This document shows, piece by piece, positions 31,556-37,718 of a stretch of DNA of 37,718 nt. The stretch spans positions 1-37,718 of the forward strand of contig JASEGJ010000009.1 of assembly GCA_030018135.1 (NCBI GenBank), written 5' to 3'. The notes beneath the pieces are model-generated. The model searched no databases and was not told the origin of the DNA. It saw nothing but the letters and a program-made list of their open reading frames with translations. The position numbers and the translations under genes are program-made. The stretch's first letter is position 1; every line of letters starts with the position of its first letter. The DNA comes from Candidatus Hodarchaeaceae archaeon. GTDB taxonomy: Archaea > Hadarchaeota > Hadarchaeia > Hadarchaeales > Hadarchaeaceae.

Positions 31556-32159
31556 TGAGATTCTCCGCCTCTTCCTCTGAAAGCTCGCGGTAGCCCTTTT
31601 CGTCGATCGTCGCAACAACCACTTTATCTCCGGTTGCCGCATCCCGTTCGATTGCGGTCCTGATCGACTGCGCCGCCAGCTTGAGCCCATCGCTGAGTTT
31701 CATGTCGTCGCGATAGTTTTGCTCGAGGACGCCGTAAGCAATCGTCGAACCTGTGCCAGCGCTCGCGAACTTCTCCTCCTCAATCTTGCCCCCTATCGGG
31801 TCGAGGAAGAACAGACGAGGACCATCGCCATCGACGCCGGATAGGATGCCCGCCACGATGTATGGAAACATGCGGCGATTGTGCAAAAGGTTGGCCGCTA
31901 TTTGTGCCAAGCTCTTGGTTGAAATCGGTCGATCGTGGTTAAGCCTGTAGAGGTTCGCCTCAGTTTTTAGCAGGTTCATCAGGCTCTGAACATCGCCGGA
32001 GCTGCCCGATATCGCCGCGCCTATTCGCTCCTCCAGCTGGAATATCTTGCGCACGCGCTTGCTGAGCACCAAATAGTAGGCCGCCCCTCTGGTATCGGAG
32101 GCCAACGCGATGCCGTCCTTGCATCTCACGCCGACGACTGTGCCCGTAAAACCATACAT
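31548..32159 (-). CDS. psmB: proteasome beta-type subunit, probably non-catalytic
   Basis: TVVG...KDGIALASDTR, K33, G.D.DGPRLF..DP.G, GTGS..AYGVLE, ERDAATGD. Confidence 0.88.
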   Translation of the reverse strand: MYGFTGTVVGVRCKDGIALASDTRGAAYYLVLSKRVRKIFQLEERIGAAISGSSGDVQSLMNLLKTEANLYRLNHDRPISTKSLAQIAANLLHNRRMFPYIVAGILSGVDGDGPRLFFLDPIGGKIEEEKFASAGTGSTIAYGVLEQNYRDDMKLSDGLKLAAQSIRTAIERDAATGDKVVVATIDEKGYRELSEEEAENLIK

Positions 32160-32196
32160 GGTAACCAAGCTTACTCTGGAAAACTACTATAAAACT

Positions 32197-33603
32197 TCAT
32201 CGGCGCCCGATCATAAAAATTGCTGCCGCAATTATCGCGCAGACGATCGTCGAAACGATAATAAACGGCAATATGTCCTCAAGTTTTTCCCACAGCTCTT
32301 CGGATGGAGCTGCCGGAAGCGTGACGCTTATCAGCATCTGGTCCTCCGCCAAAAAGGTCCCGTATGGGCACTCGTAGGTTATCCTCGCCTTCAGAGCGCT
32401 GTTTTCAACGCTTTTCTTGACTCTAACATCAAAGCTCACCCGCTGATGCGCGCCGGCCCCCAATCCACCTATGCTTTCAGCTTGCGGTACTTCGATGTAG
32501 GTCGCGTCGGCCACTAGTTCTATCTTTACATCTGTGACGGCCTGCTTGCCGACGTTGTTGACGAGAACCGAGAACGTCCAAATGTCGCCTCGCATCGAGG
32601 GCTCTGCGACGAGCTTTGGCTCGACTGCCACCTCGCGCGTTATTTTGCCGCTCTTGAGAAAAATCTCGCAATTTGCGGGGGAGCCGACTATTACGCGGTA
32701 GTCCACCCTGTAGCCCCCAGGAGGGCTGATATGGCTGTCCCTAACCATATTGGTGCCGTCGCTGACGGCGTGGATGATGTGGTCGGGGCTAAGCTCGCAA
32801 AACAAACCAACCCCGAGCGGCCAGATGAGGTCGACTGGGACCCAACCATGACCAGGCAGATAAATGATCGAAAATGCGTGGCCCATTCTCTCAGGGTCTG
32901 TTTCAAGCTCCTGCTTATAACCGTAGCAAGCCACGAATTTTGCGGGTATGCCCGCCGCGCGGCATAGCGCGATGAACAGATTAGTGAACTCGGTGCAATC
33001 ACCGTTGCGGTGCCGATATGCCCAGAGCGCGCCGTGCTCCTCGATCTGCTCTCTGTATTCCAAATAATCTCTCACGAAATCAAAGATTCGTTTAGCCTTG
33101 TAGTAGATGTTCGGTTGACCGTCCGTGAGTTCACACGCCTTGGCCTGAATCTCGGGCGCCTCGCTTTCCCATAGGTGATCGATTTGCGATGTGTACCCAA
33201 ACTCCATCGGGACAAAGTTCTCTATGGAATCCTCATCAAGGGGGCGCCGATCCACGTAATCGACTTTAACTGTCTGGGTGATGGTGATGGTTCTGCTCTC
33301 GCCTGCGGAAATATCGCCCAAGGAAACTAACAGCACACGATTGTCTTCCGTGCTTAGGATTTCCCCGATTGGCGAAATATCGGCGGCCAACACCTGTTGA
33401 CTTGCCCAACCGGACCATTCCTTAAAAATGTGGACAGTTGCCACAACGTCGATGGCAATACCCGGCCCATTGTTCTTCACCTCGTATGTCATTACGGCCG
33501 TGTAAACGACCGATTTCGTCGCGGTCGAAGCTGAAACGGGCTGGACAAGTAGTAGGAATAGAATCAATCCGAATATGATGGGTCTATGCAGACGAACCCC
33601 CAA
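32197..33603 (-). CDS. membrane-anchored transglutaminase-like protein with Ig/CARDB-like domains
   Basis: Signal peptide, GDCTEF / HAF / WVPVD Cys-His-Asp triad, C-terminal TM plus RR. Start inferred as TTG 33603. Confidence 0.85.
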   Translation of the reverse strand: MGVRLHRPIIFGLILFLLLVQPVSASTATKSVVYTAVMTYEVKNNGPGIAIDVVATVHIFKEWSGWASQQVLAADISPIGEILSTEDNRVLLVSLGDISAGESRTITITQTVKVDYVDRRPLDEDSIENFVPMEFGYTSQIDHLWESEAPEIQAKACELTDGQPNIYYKAKRIFDFVRDYLEYREQIEEHGALWAYRHRNGDCTEFTNLFIALCRAAGIPAKFVACYGYKQELETDPERMGHAFSIIYLPGHGWVPVDLIWPLGVGLFCELSPDHIIHAVSDGTNMVRDSHISPPGGYRVDYRVIVGSPANCEIFLKSGKITREVAVEPKLVAEPSMRGDIWTFSVLVNNVGKQAVTDVKIELVADATYIEVPQAESIGGLGAGAHQRVSFDVRVKKSVENSALKARITYECPYGTFLAEDQMLISVTLPAAPSEELWEKLEDILPFIIVSTIVCAIIAAAIFMIGRR

Positions 33604-33619
33604 CGCCTTTCGTTTTCGC

Positions 33620-33627
33620 TTTATAAA
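33620..33627. promoter_or_regulatory. palindromic TATA box (TTTATAAA) between divergent genes
   Basis: Lies between the inferred starts at 33603 (-) and 33659 (+). Confidence 0.55.
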
Positions 33628-33658
33628 TCGCCCGCTGCCAACTTGGCGGCGGGGTGCC

Positions 33659-34327
33659 GTGTCCGAGAAACTTATAACTAAGTTGAGCCTGGCCTGCTCG
33701 CTAACGGGTCTCTTGTCGTTATATGCGGCCGCCATACAAATGCGCCCTACCATAATCCCGATCGCTAGTTTAAACGACGAGTTCCTAGGCCTCAAAGTGA
33801 TGATCTCCGGCCAGGTGATCGACTTACGAGAGCATGTGGACGGTCACCTGTTCCTGAAGCTTAAGGATGAATCGGGCGGCGTGATGTCCGTGCCGGTATT
33901 CGCTGGGGTGCGGTCGCAACTTGGGGAGCCGATCGAGTTACTAGACGCCGTGCAGGTCACCGGATTGGTGAAGAAGTACCGCGATGAGCTGGAGGTAATT
34001 CCGGACAAGGCGAGCGACCTGCGCATCGTGCACGCTCCAGCCACGCGGATCTCGAGTTTAAATGCAGAGCAAATCGGCGAGCTCGTCAAAGTCGAGGGCA
34101 TAATCATAGAGCGGGAGATCGTCGGCAAGGGCAGCCTCATTTTAACGTTGCGCGAGGACGGCCATGAGCTGCCGGTCTTCGTGCCGGCGCCGGTGGTCAA
34201 AAATGGGTTCCCCGAGGTGCACGTGGGTTACCTCGTGCGCATCGATGGTTGGCTCCAACTCTACAACGATCAAATTGAACTCCAACTCAAGAACGCGAAT
34301 CACATCCGCGTGATCGAGGCCGCGTGA
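33659..34327 (+). CDS. N-terminally anchored tandem OB-fold protein
   Basis: Hydrophobic N-terminus and two repeats (V.I.G.V...GHLFLKLKDESG...V.G.V..Y...LE); GGGGTG RBS before GTG. Confidence 0.8.
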   Translation: MSEKLITKLSLACSLTGLLSLYAAAIQMRPTIIPIASLNDEFLGLKVMISGQVIDLREHVDGHLFLKLKDESGGVMSVPVFAGVRSQLGEPIELLDAVQVTGLVKKYRDELEVIPDKASDLRIVHAPATRISSLNAEQIGELVKVEGIIIEREIVGKGSLILTLREDGHELPVFVPAPVVKNGFPEVHVGYLVRIDGWLQLYNDQIELQLKNANHIRVIEAA

Positions 34328-35562
34328 TGCTCGATGTGCTCGCGTACGCGCTGCTCGGCATCGGCCTAGGCGTCTTCACGGGATTGGTGCCAGGCATTCA
34401 CGTGAACAACCTGACGCCGATGCTCGTCGCCCTCGCGTTGAGTTCTTCGCTCCCGCCGATGCGTCTCGTAGCGACGATAGCGGCGATGGCCCTTACCCAC
34501 ACTTTCATCAGCTACATACCCGCGACCTTCCTCGGCGCTCCGGAGCAGGGGACCGAGCTCTCCGTGCTGCCTGCGCATCGATTATTACTCGAGGGCCATG
34601 GTTACAAGGCCATCGAACTCACAGCGTTCGGTTGCTTGAGCGCGCTCATGCTCGGCGCGGCGCTCGTATTGCCCCTATCGCTCGTCGTCGAGCCTGCATA
34701 CAGGCTCATCCAACCCCAGATGCATTGGCTGCTGATTGCCATCATCGCGATAATGGTGGCGCTTGAGCGGTCTAGGGCCGGCATCTTTTGGGCGGCGGCG
34801 ATCTTCCTGCTTTCCGGCCTGCTCGGCCTGCTGACGCTCGACACCAATTTATGCAGGGGCGATGCCGCGCTCATGCCGCTGCTCTCCAGGCTGTTCGGCG
34901 CCAGCGTGTTGCTCGTGAGCGCCATACAAAAAAGCAGCTTGCCAGAGCAATACATCGGCGGTGAACTGCTTGGGTTACGCCCCAACGTTCGCCCCCTCTG
35001 CGCTGGCACGGCCGCTGGCATCCTAACCGGCTTCATCCCGGGCATAGGGCCGTCGCAGGGCACGGTGCTGGCACAGCTCGCGACTCGCTCAAGTGGCACG
35101 AATGAGTTCCTCGTAGCGGTGAGCGGAGTAAATACCGCTAAGACGCTTTTCTCGTTTGTCGCGCTTTACGCCATCGGCAGGCCGAGGAGCGGGGCGGCGG
35201 TCGCGGTTGATCAACTCATAGAGGTCGGACTTAAGGAGCTGATTTTTCTCGTGGGCGTCGCCCTACTTGCCGGCGGGGTCGCGGCGGTGCTTCACTTAAA
35301 GCTCGGCAAGCTCGCTGCGAAGCATATCGGTAGGCTACCCTATCGCGCGATGTGCATCGTCGTCATAGCGAGCATAGTCGGGCTGACGGTTTGTTACTCG
35401 GGCTTGATCGGGCTGCCGGTGCTCACGACCGCAACGGCGATAGGCCTGCTGCCGGCGACTACCAAGGTCAAGCGCACCCACTGCATGGGAGTGATCATGG
35501 TGCCGTGCATCCTTTACTTCGCTGGATTAAAGGACGGGATGCTGGCGGCTCTCGGGTTATGA
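34324..35562 (+). CDS. TctA-like permease, archaeal short form
   Basis: GLVPGIHVN, IPATFLGAP...LSVLPAH.LL..G, repeated GFIPGIG, RSG, many TM segments; 4-nt overlap with the OB-fold gene. Confidence 0.85.
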   Translation: MMLDVLAYALLGIGLGVFTGLVPGIHVNNLTPMLVALALSSSLPPMRLVATIAAMALTHTFISYIPATFLGAPEQGTELSVLPAHRLLLEGHGYKAIELTAFGCLSALMLGAALVLPLSLVVEPAYRLIQPQMHWLLIAIIAIMVALERSRAGIFWAAAIFLLSGLLGLLTLDTNLCRGDAALMPLLSRLFGASVLLVSAIQKSSLPEQYIGGELLGLRPNVRPLCAGTAAGILTGFIPGIGPSQGTVLAQLATRSSGTNEFLVAVSGVNTAKTLFSFVALYAIGRPRSGAAVAVDQLIEVGLKELIFLVGVALLAGGVAAVLHLKLGKLAAKHIGRLPYRAMCIVVIASIVGLTVCYSGLIGLPVLTTATAIGLLPATTKVKRTHCMGVIMVPCILYFAGLKDGMLAALGL

Positions 35563-35605
35563 AACCGAACCAGCGGAATGGGGCAGAACAGCACCCCCTC
35601 TAAAA

Positions 35606-35627
35606 AGTTTAAATGCATGTTTAAACT
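35606..35627. promoter_or_regulatory. vapBC promoter/operator inverted repeat AGTTTAAA-N6-TTTAAACT
   Basis: Perfect 8-bp inverted repeat overlapping BRE/TATA-like sequence, 18 nt upstream of the antitoxin start. Confidence 0.65.
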
Positions 35628-35645
35628 ACTTAATGTGGTGGGAAC

Positions 35646-35858
35646 TTGGTCAAAACTATAACCATCCGGGATGAGGTTTATGGAAAGCTGTCAACAGTCA
35701 AAGGGAAGGGCGAGAGCTTCAGCGAACTTCTTGAGAGGCTCGTGGAGGGGATGGACCCGACCAAAACCCTTATGAAGCTCAGAGGATGCGCCGAATTTAA
35801 GAACAAGAAAAAAATCCTCGCGGAAATTCGGTCCCTGAGGACCGAGCGGAGATTATGA
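35646..35858 (+). CDS. vapB: VapB-type antitoxin
   Basis: KTITIRDEVY..L...K..GESFSELLERL; ATGA overlap with the PIN gene. Confidence 0.85.
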   Translation: MVKTITIRDEVYGKLSTVKGKGESFSELLERLVEGMDPTKTLMKLRGCAEFKNKKKILAEIRSLRTERRL

Positions 35859-36235
35859 TCGTAATAGACACCGATGTCCTGATTGAGATCTTCGATAAAA
35901 AATCGGAGAAAGGCGAAGAGGTCCTTAAAAAGGTCGTCGAAAGTGGTGAAGGCATAGGCATAACTGCGGTGAACCTCCACGAGATCCTGTACGGCCTCCA
36001 GAAATATGCCAAGCCAGTGAAGGAGGTCCTGCAGCTTCCCGTGCTGAGCTACACGAAGGAGGACGCAAGCTTGGCCGCCGAACTCGAGTTGGAAGCGGAG
36101 GATAGGGGAGCACCCATCCGCAGGACCGACGCCATGATAGCCGCGATAGCCATAAACAACGGTGCGAGGCTTTACACGCTTGACCTGAAGCACTTCAAAC
36201 CTTTGGAACCCATGGGGCTCAAACTTTTCAAATAG
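35855..36235 (+). CDS. vapC: VapC PIN-domain ribonuclease toxin
   Basis: IVIDTDVLI, HEILYG, DAMIAAIA, LYTLDLKHF acidic residues. Confidence 0.92.
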   Translation: MIVIDTDVLIEIFDKKSEKGEEVLKKVVESGEGIGITAVNLHEILYGLQKYAKPVKEVLQLPVLSYTKEDASLAAELELEAEDRGAPIRRTDAMIAAIAINNGARLYTLDLKHFKPLEPMGLKLFK

Positions 36236-36291
36236 CAAAAAGCAAGGGCTGGGACGAGTGAGCAGATTCGGTGAGTTCGCATGATTTCGAT

Positions 36292-36378
36292 ACGCACTGC
36301 ATGGGGATCATCATGCTTCCTTGCATTTTGTACTTCGCTGGGCTGAAGGACCCAGTAATTTCGGCCTTAGGGCCATAA
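36292..36378 (+). pseudogene. diverged duplicate of the last 28 codons plus stop of the tctA-like gene (35476-35562)
   Basis: THCMGIIMLPCILYFAGLKDPVISALGP* versus THCMGVIMVPCILYFAGLKDGMLAALGL*; hand count 60/87 nt and 21/28 aa identical, no gaps. Confidence 0.9.
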
Positions 36379-36461
36379 TATGCTCTTCGAACTCTCTTGG
36401 CATCTCTATGAACGTCAATGCCTTTTTAATCATGCCGCCTTAGCATCAAAAGGAGAAAAAA

Positions 36462-37213
36462 ATGGTCAAAACGATATTGAGGTACACGACGCTGCTCCTA
36501 GCTGCAGCTATCGTCCTATCGTGGACGATGCCGACCGCGGCGATAGCAAAGTCGGACAAACCAATAACCCCGCCGGATGTGAGGAGCATCGTGCTCGTCC
36601 ACCATGCTAAGCCGAGTAACCCAAGGAAGCCCGCTCCGCCGCCGCCAGTTTACGATTATTACGAATTGCTTGGGCTTGAGCTGACGGGAACGGTGATGTA
36701 CTACGTTAACCCGGACGGCAGTAAGAACGAGGCATCGGCGGTAGCGACGCAAATTCAGTTAGCGTTCGAGGCCTGGGAGGGGTGACGGCGATGGAGCTCT
36801 TCAGTTACGGGGGCGCGACTGGTGCGAGGGGCTACTCGCTCGACCGACAGAACACCGTCTCTTGGGTTGGGATAGCACCTACCACGGCCGTGGCGATCAC
36901 GGTGATCTGGTACGTCCCTGACACCGACGGGGATGGCTTGGACGAGATCGTGGAGTTCGACGTGATCCTCAACGCCCTCCTGAAGTGGGGAATCGACCCC
37001 GACGGCGAGGGGCCAGTCACCATAAAGGCGTACGACATCAGGAATGTGGCGACGCATGAGGCGGGCCATGTCGTTGGCTTGGCCGACCTGTACGATGCAG
37101 CGTACCGCGAGCTCACGATGTACGGCTACACCTCAAAGGGCGAGACGAAGAAGATATCGCTGGAAACGGGCGACATCGCTGGTGCTCAATACCTCTACGG
37201 TGCCCCAACTTAA
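36462..37213 (+). pseudogene. secreted matrixin/M10-like zinc peptidase split by a 1-nt frameshift at about 36779-36782
   Basis: ORF1 has a signal peptide and ends AFEAWEG; ORF2 continues VTAMELF...HEAGHVVGLAD...LTMYG. One extra G in the G4 run fuses them. Confidence 0.75.
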
Positions 37214-37256
37214 TCGTAAATCCAGGCTACGCGAGGCTCCACCGCCAAAAACAATA

Positions 37257-37637
37257 CTATAAGCCGCCCCTCCTAATCCTAGCTTTGCCCACTATTGCCA
37301 AGGAGGCTATTATCAACATCGCCCCGGGGATCGCCAAAGAGATTTTGGAGGAACTTGTCAGCCCCGCACCAGTTGCAGCCTGGATCGACACAAGAACCCC
37401 GAGGATAAAGAGTATCGGCGCAAACGCTATTGCCCTAGATTCGGTCCTGAATATGCGATTGAGGCTGTCTCCGATCATGCCGCAATAGCCGAGGACCAAC
37501 GCCGCCCCAAAGACCATGAGGGCGCCGTCCAGCAAGCTTTCCGGCACGGGAGTTGCGCCCTCAAATAAAAAAAACATGCCCACGATGAGAACGATGATCG
37601 CCACGCCTGCGTTCTTCAATTCTCCCATTTTTTTCAC
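37257..37637 (-). CDS. hypothetical 4-TM membrane protein
   Basis: Four hydrophobic segments; GGAGGA RBS before GTG. Confidence 0.75.
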   Translation of the reverse strand: MKKMGELKNAGVAIIVLIVGMFFLFEGATPVPESLLDGALMVFGAALVLGYCGMIGDSLNRIFRTESRAIAFAPILFILGVLVSIQAATGAGLTSSSKISLAIPGAMLIIASLAIVGKARIRRGGL

Positions 37638-37718
37638 TCCTCCTAATAGATAATTGTATAGGTATTAAGTCATTTCCCACAAGTCACGCCGTAGTTTAAA
37701 AACATCGGAGTCCCAGAA

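Noticed and set aside
33604-33795. ORF-track N-terminal extensions giving a ~220-nt overlap of the transglutaminase and OB-fold genes
   Set aside because: TATA, RBS and signal-peptide positions favour starts at 33603 (-) and 33659 (+), with no overlap.
36380-36610. 76-aa alternative ORF after the tctA remnant
   Set aside because: Overlaps the peptidase gene in another frame, with no RBS or recognisable motif.
1-37718. CRISPR array, rRNA, IS/transposase or integrase
   Set aside because: No regularly spaced repeats or recognisable motifs seen; the window is almost fully tiled by identified genes.

Overview
GC-rich archaeal chromosomal window; the gene repertoire suggests a Hadarchaeia-like euryarchaeote (inference). 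In order: tRNA-Asn(GTT) with two BHB introns; the aIF1A-rio1-KH-top6B-top6A superoperon with an atypical dcd inserted; a branched-chain amino acid cluster (cimA, leuA, leuB, leuD, leuC, ilvD); a three-gene unit with a small coiled-coil protein, a Cys-rich degenerate VirB11/TadA-type ATPase and a TadC-like membrane platform; rfcS with a 443-aa LAGLIDADG intein; a BlaI-like regulator; ileS; an unannotated 18-aa Lys/Cys micro-ORF; class II HMG-CoA reductase; a thrC-like PLP enzyme; a YgeW/AOTCase-like transcarbamylase; ferredoxin plus AOR; purC; a proteasome beta subunit apparently lacking Thr1; a transglutaminase-like surface protein; a membrane OB-fold protein with an orphan TctA-like permease; a vapBC cassette flanked by diverged copies of the tctA 3' end; and a frameshifted matrixin-like peptidase. 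Family calls come from motif recognition and recall, not database searches.
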